Below, one piece after another: positions 46,983 through 57,939 of a stretch of 64,000 nt of DNA. Position numbers and translations under genes: made by a program. The number at the start of each line of letters is the position of its first letter. Within the stretch, counting starts at the first letter, position 1. The stretch is from Rebecca billardiae RCC1528 (lineage: Eukaryota > Protista > Haptophyta), in the NCBI GenBank assembly GCA_965240325.2, contig OZ251232.1, forward strand, positions 1,178,001 through 1,242,000, written 5' to 3'. The notes below the pieces were generated by a model, which was given only the letters and a program-made list of their open reading frames with translations, made no database searches and was not told the DNA's origin.

Positions 46983-48490
46983 ATGCGCTTGACGCTCGCC
47001 GCACCTCTGCTCGCCCTCCTGCCGGCCGTGGCGGGATACGCGCGACCACTGCACGTTGGTCGTGCCGTCACACCCGCCACGCACACCGTGGTCGCGCACA
47101 GCCGCGTGTGCATCCGCTGCTCCGACGATGCGCCGCCGGAGCCGCCGCAGCAGCCGCAGCAGCCCGCGCCGTCGCAGGCGCCGCTTGATCTGCCGTGCGT
47201 GATCAAGGTGTGATGCGAGAGCGCGAGCGGCGTCCAAAAGATCGTTGTCGTTTTTCAGCGCTCACGGCGGTCACGCCCGCCCGCCCGCTCCCTCCCCCAC
47301 GTGCAGGTGATCGGCATCGGTGGCGGCGGTGGCAACGCGGTCAACCGTATGGTCGACAACTTCGACACGAGCGTCGAGTTCTGGGCGGTGAACACAGACG
47401 CGCAGGTACGGACGGCCGCCACGGTACGCACGATCGTGTGGCCCATGCTCACGCCTGCCTGCGCCCGCGCGCTCGCCGTCCCCGTCCGTGTGCCGCACAT
47501 GCACGTGCGCAGGTGCTCTCCCAGTCACGCGCACACAACAAACTCACGATTGGCGACAAGGTGACGCGCGGGCTGGGCGCTGGCGGCTCGGCCGAGATCG
47601 GCGAGGAGGCCGCGGTCGAGTCAAAGGACGCGATCCGCGAGATGGTCAGCGGCGCCGACCTCGTCTTCGTCACGGCGGGCATGGGCGGAGGCACGGGCTC
47701 CGGCGCGGCGCCGGTCGTTGCCGAGATCGCTAAGGAGATGGGCTGCCTCACCGTGGGCGTGGTGACGAAGCCCTTCTCGTTCGAGGGGCGGCGGCGCGCC
47801 GAGGCCGCCGCGGGCGCCACCGAGCTGCTCCGGCAGAAGGTGGACACGCTCATCGTCGTCTCGAACGACCGGCTGCTCGAGACGGTGCCGGAGGACCTGC
47901 CGCTGCAGCAGGCGTTCTCGGTCGCTGACGACATCCTGCGCCAGGGCGTGGTGGGCATCTCGGACATCATCCTCAAGCCGGGCCTGATCAACGTGGACTT
48001 CGCCGACGTGTACGCCGTGATGAAGGACTCGGGCACCGCGCTCCTCGGCATCGGCACCGGCCAGGGCGCGACGCGCGCGCAGGACGCGGCACTCGCCGCC
48101 ATCTCCTCGCCGCTCCTCGACTTCCCCCTCAAGAAGGCGGGCGGCGTGGTCTTCACCGTCACCGGCTCGTCGGACATGACGCTGCAGGAGATCAACCAGG
48201 CGGCGGAGACCATCCATCAGGTGATGGACCCGAACGCGAACGTCATCTTCGGCGCGCTCGTCGACGACTCGATGGCGGGGATGATCTCGATCACCGTCGT
48301 CGCGACCGGCTTTGAGGGGGAGGGGCCTTCGCTCGGCGCGGCGCCGGCAAGTAACGTGATTGGCCGCGCGGCGCCGGCGGCGGGCGCGGCGGTGCGCGAG
48401 CTCAACAATGCCGCGGCGCCGGCACCTGCGCGCGCGCCCGCGCGCGCGACGCGCTCGATGCCGGGCTTCCTCCGGCGGGTGCAGCAATGA
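46983..48490 (+). CDS. ftsZ: Plastid division protein FtsZ; introns 47208-47306 and 47406-47512
   Basis: Signal plus transit-like leader, [40 protein letters not shown] and a C-terminal MPGFLRR core motif. Confidence 0.96.
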
Positions 48491-48796
48491 GGCGCGCTCA
48501 CGCCCGTCCGCTCGTACGACGCCGCAGCCTCGGCAGAGCAGCTGCCTCGAGGCTCAGCGAGCAGCCACGGCCTCAGCAATGCTCAACGACTTACGAGACC
48601 GACGACGACGATGATGCTATTATTATAATAAGCAGCTCAGCTGCCAGGCCGTGCTGTGAGTCACAGCTGAGCCGCTGCGCCTGCTGCCGGCCGATCCGAC
48701 GATGATTGATGGCGATCTGAGTGACGCGTTAGCGTACTGCCGTATTATATAAGCTGCTACTATAATTAATTATAAATAATAATCTATCATCATCTC

Positions 48797-48840
48797 TATC
48801 TCTCTCTCTCGTCTCTCTCGATCTCTCTGCTCTCTCTCGA

Positions 48841-48879
<39 letters not shown>

Positions 48880-48880
48880 A
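48797..48880. repeat. Imperfect (CT)n microsatellite
   Basis: Direct reading of the sequence. Confidence 0.85.
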
Positions 48881-49450
48881 TACTACGACGACTAGCAGTA
48901 CCGACTCAGTATACGGCCTCAGCTACTAGACTGTCTAGAGCATCGTCATCGTCTGCGTAGCCTGCGACTGCGCCGAGCACGGGCTCTGAGCCGCTCTGCA
49001 CTTGCAGCCGTAAGCGTTGGCCGCATATCGATATCGACGACGACTGCTCATCATTCTACTAGATCATCAGCCGGATTCACATGCAGCAGGAAGCCTACCG
49101 ATTATCCGATAATTTATTATTGATGACGACATGACCTGCATGTCGACGTGCCGGTGCTGATCGGGGGCCGGCGCGCCCGGCGGCGCGGGACCGGGCGCGC
49201 GCGGCTCGTCAGTCGCGTCTGCTTAGCACGCGAACTCTCACGTCGTAGTCTGCTCTCTGAGAGCGCCGCCGGTCGAGCGCAGACATTAATTACTTAGCAG
49301 CAGACATGCTGAAGCGCGGGCACGGCCGATGGCGCGCGCGTCGCCGTCTTATTCTCTGAGGTAGACGTCGTATTCGGTATTACGACAGAATATGACAGTT
49401 ACCGTAGCAGTCGCGTCGTTACTGATAATCGGCATCGCCCGCGCCAGCCA

Positions 49451-50773
49451 CTACCGACCTACCTGCAGCGTCCTGCGCCTACTGCGCGCGGCCCTGCTGC
49501 GCCCTGCATCGCTGCCATTCGCCATCGTGTGACGCACCGTGCCGACCTGTTGCCGTCGCTGGTCGATGCACCTTCGCGTGCAGGCCGGCTTTGCGGGCTG
49601 CGCGGGCTCGAACGCACACGTGACGTCGATGGTACGCCGGTCCCACTGCGCCGCCGTGCTGTTCAGCCCGGAGCCACTCGCTGCATCTCGCAGCGCGCTG
49701 AAGATGGCGGGCTTCACCGGGTACCACAGCTGGTGGAGCGACATGTTTGCGGCGCTCGCCTGCTGCGCGGGGCGCACACTCGAGCACGAGCGCAAGCGGT
49801 TCACGAGCGAGCGCTTGAAGTAGGCCTGGATGCGCGGGTCGGGGGCGCACAGCTGCCGGTAGTCGTCCGCAAAGTCCAGCGCGGCGATGACGACGCCGCG
49901 CCCCCCATCCCTCGCACGCTGCACCGCCGGCCAGATGCGATCGAGCATGCGGGCCAGCCCGGCAGGCGCGTCGCGCATGATCTTTTTCCCAACAATGAAC
50001 ATGGCGTGGCGCTCCACGTCCAGCAGCACGACGTCTGCGCGCGACGGGTCGTCCTCCGCGCGCGCGTGGGGCGAGGCGGCCACGCCGCGCAGCACCGACG
50101 GGAACGCACCCCGGTGCAGCTCGGGCGCAACCTCGGGAATGTGCACGGCCACCGGTGCGGCCGGGCGCGCGCCAGCGGCCCCTGGTCCTAGCACGCGCAG
50201 CTGTGTGAGGATGTACTCGACCAGCTCCGCCTCCGTGCGCGCCGCAAGGGGCGCCCGAGTGCCGATGGCGGCTGCGAGCGCAGGGTTGGCCAGGTAGAAG
50301 TCCAGCAGGCGCGGCACCTCCTCGACGCTGTCGTAGAAGACGACATTGTGCCCGTCTCGCAGCTCGTACGCGCGCGGCGGCTGGACGAGCCGATCTGAGA
50401 GCGTGAGAGCGCCGGCCGCGAGCGCTTCGGCGAGGCGAGAGTCGCCTTCCCGGTCCGGCGGGCTGCAAGTGACGACGATCTTACTCCGTGCCAGGTTGAC
50501 CACGTATCCGCTCGCCGGGGCAAGCCTGCCCGCAACTCCAGCCTCGCCCACAATGCCCACGCGCGCCTGTACCCCAGGCCGCCTGCGGCTGAAGTCCTGA
50601 ACCGCGTTTGCTACCTCCCATCGCTGCGCCACGGCCCCACGCGCGGGTGAAGAGGTAGTGTCCTGCTGTAGTCCGCAGGCCTCCCGACGTTTCGACGGGC
50701 AAACCGGGCGCACGGCCAGCAGCACCAGGGGCCAGAGCACGCTCATCAGCGCGACGGCCGCCGCCATGCGCAT
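49451..50773 (-). CDS. Glycosyltransferase (GT-B, Glyco_trans_1_2/CgeB-like) protein
   Basis: Signal peptide, YVVNLARSKIVVTCSP...DSRLAEALAAGALTLSD...LRDGHNVVFYDSVEE...DFYLANP, then ADVVLLD, LDFADD and YFKRS. Confidence 0.65.
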   Translation of the reverse strand: MRMAAAVALMSVLWPLVLLAVRPVCPSKRREACGLQQDTTSSPARGAVAQRWEVANAVQDFSRRRPGVQARVGIVGEAGVAGRLAPASGYVVNLARSKIVVTCSPPDREGDSRLAEALAAGALTLSDRLVQPPRAYELRDGHNVVFYDSVEEVPRLLDFYLANPALAAAIGTRAPLAARTEAELVEYILTQLRVLGPGAAGARPAAPVAVHIPEVAPELHRGAFPSVLRGVAASPHARAEDDPSRADVVLLDVERHAMFIVGKKIMRDAPAGLARMLDRIWPAVQRARDGGRGVVIAALDFADDYRQLCAPDPRIQAYFKRSLVNRLRSCSSVRPAQQASAANMSLHQLWYPVKPAIFSALRDAASGSGLNSTAAQWDRRTIDVTCAFEPAQPAKPACTRRCIDQRRQQVGTVRHTMANGSDAGRSRAARSRRRTLQVGR

Positions 50774-51010
50774 TTCATGATCGGAGATCGCCAGATCGAT
50801 CGGAGCTACATACGGCCCGCCATTACTCAGATGGCGAAAAGTGACGATTGCGAATTGGATGATGAGTAATTAGGCCGCATTAATACGCCTCGTCAAATCC
50901 CAATTGGCAATTGCGTGATGATTTTTACCCGCGCGCTTCTCCGACGCGACCGCGAGGACGGCCAAGACGCCCAAACCCAGGACCGCGGCCGCGCGTCAAG
51001 AACTGGCGGC

Positions 51011-52030
51011 ATGAAGCGAGCGACTTTTTGCGTGCTCCTCGCCTCGGCTGCGCGCACCGGCGCGTTCCGTGCCCCCGTTGGCACCGCGCGCATGCAGCTC
51101 TCGCGCCTCGCGTCGTCGTCGAGCTCCGCCATCGTGGCGACGACCACAACGAGCACGCCCGCGCCGCCTGTGCCATCCAAGCTGGACGAGCGCATCTTCA
51201 CGTTCAACAAGGTGCTGATCGACACGGTCTACGACGTCATCTGCCTCCTTTACCCCGTCACTGGCAGCAAGCGCGACTTTGCGCGCTTCTACGTGCTCGA
51301 GACCGTCGCCCGTGTGCCCTACTTTGCCTACCTCTCTGTGATGCATCTGCGCGAGACGTTTGGCGACCGCGACCCGGGGGGCAGCGAGCGCATGAGGACG
51401 CACTACGCAGAGGCGGACAACGAGCTGCACCACCTGCTGATCATGGAGTCGCTCGGCGGCAACTCGAGCATCATCGACCGCACGGTGGCGCAGACCATGG
51501 CGTTCGCCTACTACTGGTACGTGACGGTCGTGTACGCGGTGTCCGAGCAGGCAGCGTACCACCTCTCCGAGCTGATCGAGGACCACGCTTACGAGACGTA
51601 CGACGACTACCTGACGAGCAACGAGGAGAGGCTCAAGACCATGCCGGTGCCGGAGATCGCGCGCAAGTACTACGAGCGCGATAACCCGTTCCTCTTCGAC
51701 CTCTACTGCACGGTGAAGGAGCCGGGCGACGAGGGGCGCTTCAGCAACCGCAGGCCCAAGCTCGAGTCCTTGTACGACGTCTTTGTGAACGTGCGCGACG
51801 ACGAGAAGGAGCACTGGAAGACGCTGTGCAACTTGGTGCAGTACGACAACACGAAGGGCTACGGCGGCGTCGTCACGGGCTCGGAGGCGCTGCCGGTGGA
51901 ACCGGCTTCATCCGAGCAGCCAGCGGCGGCAGCAGCAGTCAGCGCCTCGGCGTCAGAGGTGGGTCTCGCCGACGCACAGACGACGGGCGCGGAGGTGACC
52001 GCTGATGCTGCGGCCAAGCCCACCTTGTAA
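51011..52030 (+). CDS. PTOX: Plastid terminal oxidase (alternative oxidase family, di-iron)
   Basis: RFYVLETVARVPYFAYLSVMHLRE, EADNELHHLLIMESLGG, ELIEDHAYETY and VRDDEKEH. The leader has a GAFRAP cleavage-like site. Confidence 0.92.
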   Translation: MKRATFCVLLASAARTGAFRAPVGTARMQLSRLASSSSSAIVATTTTSTPAPPVPSKLDERIFTFNKVLIDTVYDVICLLYPVTGSKRDFARFYVLETVARVPYFAYLSVMHLRETFGDRDPGGSERMRTHYAEADNELHHLLIMESLGGNSSIIDRTVAQTMAFAYYWYVTVVYAVSEQAAYHLSELIEDHAYETYDDYLTSNEERLKTMPVPEIARKYYERDNPFLFDLYCTVKEPGDEGRFSNRRPKLESLYDVFVNVRDDEKEHWKTLCNLVQYDNTKGYGGVVTGSEALPVEPASSEQPAAAAAVSASASEVGLADAQTTGAEVTADAAAKPTL

Positions 52031-52616
52031 GCCGCCTGCGCCGCCGCTCACTTGCACCGCGACGCGATGACTGCTCACCCAGATGCCCGAGCTGGCGAGC
52101 AGATGCCCGCCCTCCGAGATGCTGGCGCAGTACCAGGACTATACCAGCCAACCAGGACGTCATCCGCTGACGAAGTCGTAGTAAATTAGTCGTTCGATCT
52201 TTTTTCGTCATCTTTATACATATCGCGCATCGTAGTGATTCATCGCCTGACTCTGAGGCTGAGTCACTGCTAGTGTCAGTGACCCGCGCGGGACGCGCTT
52301 ATATATTTATTTAAATTTATATTATAATTACCCGAATTACCGTCCGGTTTATAATTATTATTATTATTATTTAATATATCTGATTATAATTATCATATTC
52401 ATTCGTCCCGCGGCATCGCCCGATGATCGGCTGTACTGATGCTGGCTGTGACTGACTGAATTGCTGATATCGATCTGGCCCGTGTCATCGCATGTCTAGA
52501 TGGGTGGGTCGCTGGTGCCAGAAGTGGGACTGGGTGGCAGCGCGGGTGGCGGGACGACCCGCCGGCCCGGGACCGTGCCCGTTGGCCGTTGGCGTTGGTT
52601 CAGCAGTCGTCACTGC

Positions 52617-55600
52617 TTAGTCTGCCCAGCGCAAGGTCCAGTGCGACGGTCGGCCGGCATCCTCCCACCGCTGCAGCGAGCGGGTGACGAAGACATCCTT
52701 GCCGATGCTCTTGTCCGGCGCTCTCAAAACGAGCGAGAGGGCCATCGCGCGCTTCACCGCGTCGTCTGCTCCCGTCGCGAAGACGCGCAGGAGCGCGTGC
52801 GCCTCGCCAATGGCAAAGCACGTGCCAACCGCGAGCAGCTCGTCGTGTGACTCGCGCAGCTGGGCGAGCTCCAGCGCGAGCTTTGGGCTCAGCTTGGCAA
52901 AGGTGGCCTGCAGCTGCTCCCCCATGCCGCACAGCCCGATCGTGATCGAGCGCTTCTGAGCGGAGCCGGGCACCGGCGCGGCCATAATGTCGTACATGCT
53001 CGGCGCGACCACGCGCCGGGGCCCGGACTTGGTGCCGTGCTCCTCAATCCAGAGCTGGAACTCCGAGGAGACGAAGACGGAGCGGCCGACCTCGCCGTCG
53101 CGGGCAGACGTGATGAGCCGCGTGAGCTCGGCCTGGCTGTGGAAGTCGCACTGCAGCCCCGTGAGGATCGCGTGCATCTCGTCGCGCGCGGGCTTCTCGC
53201 CGCGTATGACCACAGTGTACCTCTCCGCCTGCGGCGGCACGAGCAGCCGCAGCAGGCCCAGGTGCAGCTTGCTCCTGAGCAGCTTGAGCATTCTGCCGCC
53301 CTTGCCGATGATGTGCGGCACGAGGTGCTCGGGCACGATGATGCGCTCGCACTCGCTGTACGGGTCATCGCGCACGATGCCTTCCACGGCGTGCTCCTCC
53401 GCCGCGGCCTGGGCCATCACCGCCGCAGGGACGGATGAGCAGATTGCGTCGACGAGCGCGCGGCGCGCGTCGATTCGCGCCTCCGCGTCGCCGCCGTGGA
53501 TGAGGATCGCGGGCAGGCGGACGAAGCGCGGCGCGCGGTCGTGGAACGCACGCTCGACGGTGCAGCCCGTCTTCCCCGCGATCCTCTCGAGCGTGTCATT
53601 GTCCGGTGGCTTGAGCCGCCTTGGGATCGCGACGAAGATCTGCTGATGCACATCCCACACCCCAGGCCGCAGCTGCTGAGCGAGCGACGCATGCCGCGCG
53701 CCTTCCTGCGGGCCCGTGGGCTCTCCGCGCCCGTGCGCCCTCCGCCGCGAGCTGCGAGGCGGCGAGTCGGCGGAGGCGTACCGCCCAGTCGGCGAGGGCC
53801 CTCGCATCGGGCTGTGGCCGCGGCTATGGCTGCGACTCCTGAGCCGCGGGCTGCGGCTGCGGCTGCGGCTGCGGCTCCAACCGCGGCCCCGGCTGCGCGA
53901 GTGCGATTGCCTGCCGCGACTCCAGTCGGGGCGACGCGCACCGGGGCTGCGGCTGCGGCTGCGGCTGCGGCTGCGGCTGCGGCTGCGGCTGCGGCTGCGG
54001 CTGTAGCTGCAGCTACGGCTGCGGCTCCAGTGGCGCGATCGCTCTCGGCGCGGGTGCGAGTAGCTGCCGTGCGGGCTGCGGCCGCGGCCGCGGCTGCGGC
54101 TGCGGCTGCGGGAACACCTGTGCCCGAGACTGCCGCTGTGGCTGAGCAGGCCGGCGTGCGGCTCGTGGCGCCGGTCACTGCGCTCGGAGGGCATCTGGCC
54201 AGGCCCGTGGTGCTCAAAGGCGTGGCTGCGCGTGCGCACGCAGCTGTCGGCAGCCGGTGCGCGTGCCAGCGAGGCATCCGCTGCGCCGCGCGCCTCGAGC
54301 GCGCTCGGGCCGCCATGCGAGGCTGGAGTCACGGGCGCGGCCACTGCTGCTGCCGCGCACAGCGCTGCTGCTGGACCCATCGGCGCAGGCTGGAACGGGT
54401 CTGCTGGCGCCAGCAGGTGCGGCGCGGGAGCGCTTGCGGGCGCTGCTGCCGAAGCCGGCTGCGCCTCGCTCGGCCACGGTGGCAGCCGTGCCTGCGATGC
54501 GGCTGGCGATGGCAGCGGTGGGTGCAGTGGCGCCGGTGTGGCTGGCTGGGGTAGCGGCGGCGGCGGCTGCACTGCTGGACCCGCGGCAGCGGCTGCGGTG
54601 AGCGAGGACGGCCTCGGCGGCGGTGCGCCCACCGTAGTGGCGTGCGCCGCCGCAACGGGCGTGTAGGCCAGGCCGTCCACGAGCGGTGGCGCCGCCGGCG
54701 GTGGCACAGACGTGGCTGATGCCTCGCGCGGCGCCGCGCGGGGCAGGCCGGGTGCGACCGGCGGCACAGCCACGCCGGACGGCGGGACGGCGGGCGATGG
54801 GGTGGCGGGCGGTGGGAAACGAGGCGCGCGCGTCTGCTCGTGCGCAGCCGGCTCTTGCTCCAGCGCCGTCGGACCGACCAGCCACGGCCTTGGCGCACGC
54901 TGAGCGCGGCTGCTGCCCGCAGGCTGCAACACTTGCGGTGCGAGCGCGTGCAGATACGGAAACATCGGCCGGCCGGCAAGCTCGGCGGGCGGTACGTCGG
55001 GCGCGGCTGCGGCCAGCGCATGCACACCGCGCTGCACGTGCTCGCTGCCGCCTCCGCCAAGCGCCGCCTCGGCGTCCGGCGCGTAGCCGCGCGCGTGGCC
55101 GCCTGCCGCACGCTGGCGCATGCACTCGGCCACTTCAGCGCGCAGCAGCTCGACTGCGTGCATGACCGCGTTCTGCGTGCCCCAGACCAAAGCGTGGCCT
55201 GGACCCGCGGCATCGTGTGCCCGCGGCAGCTTGACGACGATCTCGGTGCCGGTGCTCGCGCGCATGCGCGCCACGTTGCTGCCGCCCGGGCCGAGCACGT
55301 ACTCGGCCGTCCCAGGGGGCAGCTCCACAGAAGCGTCCGGAGCGTGCGGAGACGACGCGGGCATCGTGGCTGCCGGCTGCTGCGCGGGCGGCTCCAGGCC
55401 GTCCTGCGCGCCTCGGCACGCGTGGGCGGGCGGGGGCGGAGCGGCCGGCATGTGCAGGCTCAGCCCGCCGCCCGCCACGCCGCTCGCCGCAGGCGTGGCA
55501 TGCAGCGGGCGCGGCGTGTCCCGAGCGCATGCAGCGGCCGCGTTCCACGTCGATGCCAGGACCGGCTCCGCGACCGAATGCCAGCCCCAGCCGAGGTGCT

Positions 55601-56231
55601 CGACGCAGCACTGGGCGCAGAGTGCGTGCCGTGCCTGCGCGCCGCTCGCGTCCGAGGGCCCGATCGGCGCGTAGAACAGCCGGTGGCTGCGCGTGCTGCG
55701 CGTGCCGCCGTCGCGTGCGTGCGCCGCGCACGTCTCGCATGCGCCGCACGCGTGCTCTGGGTGCTCGCCGAGCAGATGGCACACCTCAGCGGTCTCCTCG
55801 GCGGGGACGAGTTCGGCCGAGCCGAGAGAGATCACCAGGTCCAGAAACGCCGCCCTCTCCAAGGCGCTCGCCTCGGTCCAGTCGAAGAGAAAGGCGAGCG
55901 TGATCAGATGGCGGCGCATCGCCGAGCGCCACGTGCATACGTCGGCGCCCTGGACGCCGCCCGCGCTCGGGCGCCTGACCAGCTCGAGGTGCGAAAGAGT
56001 CTTCATGATCGCCATGAGATTCAGCCGCGCGCGTGCGCCCAGCGAGGCCTCGTAAGTGGTCGCAAACACGTGCTGCGCGCTCGCATTGTCGACGCTGTCG
56101 AGCATGTCCGCGGCGACTTGCTCGATCGCGCGCTGGTCGAGCGCGTCGACGCCGGCGAGGTACTCGAGGTCGGCGCCCCACTTCTGCACCGGGTCTGGCT
56201 CGGCGAAGGCAACCGGACCGGGAGTCGACAT
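52617..56231 (-). CDS. KH-domain, RS-repeat RNA-binding protein
   Basis: KH GxxG motifs (YVLGPGGSNVARM, HIIGKGGRMLK), a long (RS)n tract, a Pro/Ala-rich linker and a helical N-terminus with a Cys/His cluster. Confidence 0.7.
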   Translation of the reverse strand: MSTPGPVAFAEPDPVQKWGADLEYLAGVDALDQRAIEQVAADMLDSVDNASAQHVFATTYEASLGARARLNLMAIMKTLSHLELVRRPSAGGVQGADVCTWRSAMRRHLITLAFLFDWTEASALERAAFLDLVISLGSAELVPAEETAEVCHLLGEHPEHACGACETCAAHARDGGTRSTRSHRLFYAPIGPSDASGAQARHALCAQCCVEHLGWGWHSVAEPVLASTWNAAAACARDTPRPLHATPAASGVAGGGLSLHMPAAPPPPAHACRGAQDGLEPPAQQPAATMPASSPHAPDASVELPPGTAEYVLGPGGSNVARMRASTGTEIVVKLPRAHDAAGPGHALVWGTQNAVMHAVELLRAEVAECMRQRAAGGHARGYAPDAEAALGGGGSEHVQRGVHALAAAAPDVPPAELAGRPMFPYLHALAPQVLQPAGSSRAQRAPRPWLVGPTALEQEPAAHEQTRAPRFPPPATPSPAVPPSGVAVPPVAPGLPRAAPREASATSVPPPAAPPLVDGLAYTPVAAAHATTVGAPPPRPSSLTAAAAAGPAVQPPPPLPQPATPAPLHPPLPSPAASQARLPPWPSEAQPASAAAPASAPAPHLLAPADPFQPAPMGPAAALCAAAAVAAPVTPASHGGPSALEARGAADASLARAPAADSCVRTRSHAFEHHGPGQMPSERSDRRHEPHAGLLSHSGSLGHRCSRSRSRSRGRGRSPHGSYSHPRRERSRHWSRSRSCSYSRSRSRSRSRSRSRSRSRSPGARRPDWSRGRQSHSRSRGRGWSRSRSRSRSPRLRSRSHSRGHSPMRGPSPTGRYASADSPPRSSRRRAHGRGEPTGPQEGARHASLAQQLRPGVWDVHQQIFVAIPRRLKPPDNDTLERIAGKTGCTVERAFHDRAPRFVRLPAILIHGGDAEARIDARRALVDAICSSVPAAVMAQAAAEEHAVEGIVRDDPYSECERIIVPEHLVPHIIGKGGRMLKLLRSKLHLGLLRLLVPPQAERYTVVIRGEKPARDEMHAILTGLQCDFHSQAELTRLITSARDGEVGRSVFVSSEFQLWIEEHGTKSGPRRVVAPSMYDIMAAPVPGSAQKRSITIGLCGMGEQLQATFAKLSPKLALELAQLRESHDELLAVGTCFAIGEAHALLRVFATGADDAVKRAMALSLVLRAPDKSIGKDVFVTRSLQRWEDAGRPSHWTLRWAD

Positions 56232-56539
56232 GCTCGCGCCGCGGGGCCCACACCAGGATAAAACACACCTCGCCCAAGCTCGTCGGGGCGTGTTGCCGAG
56301 GCTCCTCCCTGTGGATCCAGCCCTGCTTGTGTGGAGATCCAACCGTACAATACGTAATGTTGAGTGCTCGAGCTTGCTCACACACACACTACTAGTACTG
56401 AGAACGTTCCCGAATACATTCTCAACATGCACAGGTCGCGTCCAACCCACCGCGCAGTGATTTCCGATTTCATGATTTCATCGCACCAGCGACGAAAATA
56501 ATCACGAAAACATCGGGTCAAAGTCGTCGAAAGTGATCG

Positions 56540-57556
56540 ATGGCCGCGATTCGGCGGGCGTGGTGTCGGCGTTGGTTGCTGGTGACGGTGCTCCTCGCGC
56601 ACCAGCCAGCGGTGGCGGTGGCCGCCGCGGCGCGCGTGGTGGCCCGGACAGTGTCAGGCGTATCCATGAGCGCTCGCGCCTCGTTTGACCTGGGCAGCTT
56701 CTCCTCGCTGCTGAGGACGCGCGCAGTCGGCCGGCAGGTCGCCGCGTTTGCGGAGACGGACTCCACCATGCAGCGCGCGGCGGCCACGCTGCGCGAGCTC
56801 GGCCCGCGCGCGGCGCACGGCGCACTCGTCGTGGCAGACGCACAGACCGACGGCATCGGCCGCCGCGGGCGCAGCTGGCACTCCGCGCCCGGCGCCAATC
56901 TGCTCTTCTCGTGCGTGTGGGCGCCACCGCACCTCGAGGGCACACAACCGGCGGAGCTGATCGCGCACATGGTTCAGCTCAACCTGGCCGTGCCCGTGGC
57001 GGTGGCCAAGTCGTGCGAGGCCGCGGGCATCACTGACGCGCGCGTGAAGTGGCCAAACGACGTGTGGGCGCGTGGGCGCAAGCTGTCGGGCACAATCGTC
57101 GACTTTGACGGCACGAGCGCAGCGATCGTCGGCGTCGGGATCAACGTGAACGAGCTGACGCTGCAGAGCGACGACGCGGCAGGCGGATCGGGCGCAGGGC
57201 GCGGACCAGTCGTCTCGCCCATCTGCATCCGCGAGCTCCTCGGCAGCGCCGAGTCCGTGCCACGCGAGCCGCTGCTGGCCGGCGTGTGCAGCTCCCTGGA
57301 GGAGCTGATGGCGCTGGACATGCGCGCGCTGCTGGCCGAGTACAGCGCGCGCGACCTGCTGCGCGGCCGGCGGCTGCGCGTGCACCACGCGAGCCGCGAG
57401 GAGGCCGACCCGCGCGACTACGACGCGATCGCTCTGGGCGTCACGGACGGCGGGCTCCTGCGCGTCTCCCGCGGCTCTGAGGTGCTCGCCCTCTCGGGCG
57501 AGGAGATCTCAATCTCGCCGGAGGAGCTGCTCTCATCCGCTGTGAGACCTGAGTGA
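56540..57556 (+). CDS. birA: Biotin--protein ligase (BirA/BPL)
   Basis: ETDSTM, ADAQTDGIGRRGRSWHS, VKWPNDV, RKLSGT and GVGINV. The start is 56540 or 56666. Confidence 0.92.
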   Translation: MAAIRRAWCRRWLLVTVLLAHQPAVAVAAAARVVARTVSGVSMSARASFDLGSFSSLLRTRAVGRQVAAFAETDSTMQRAAATLRELGPRAAHGALVVADAQTDGIGRRGRSWHSAPGANLLFSCVWAPPHLEGTQPAELIAHMVQLNLAVPVAVAKSCEAAGITDARVKWPNDVWARGRKLSGTIVDFDGTSAAIVGVGINVNELTLQSDDAAGGSGAGRGPVVSPICIRELLGSAESVPREPLLAGVCSSLEELMALDMRALLAEYSARDLLRGRRLRVHHASREEADPRDYDAIALGVTDGGLLRVSRGSEVLALSGEEISISPEELLSSAVRPE

Positions 57557-57939
57557 CCGCCGGACCAACACGGTCGCAGTCAGTGTTACACGCGTAGTGA
57601 CTATCGCGCCATCAGAGGCGCGCGTTTGTGGAAGTGGGCGCCTGGCGGTGGCTGCTCGCGGACTGGTCAGGCGGCCGCGCCTGCTGACTACGCATAGAGC
57701 TCGATCCGCGGGCTCGTTTATATATACATATGGCATCATTTGATACATATCAGTATCGTCCGTGCTGTGAAGTGTGATATATGAATGAATCCGCCTGATG
57801 CTGATGATGGCGCGGACCGCCTATAATATAAAATGGCGGCGGCTAAATAAGTGGCACACAAATTGTCAACTTGCTATCCGAGTGACTACATACTCTTAAC
57901 GAGATCGAGTAGCTAGTGAGAAAGTCCGTGTGCTGAGAC

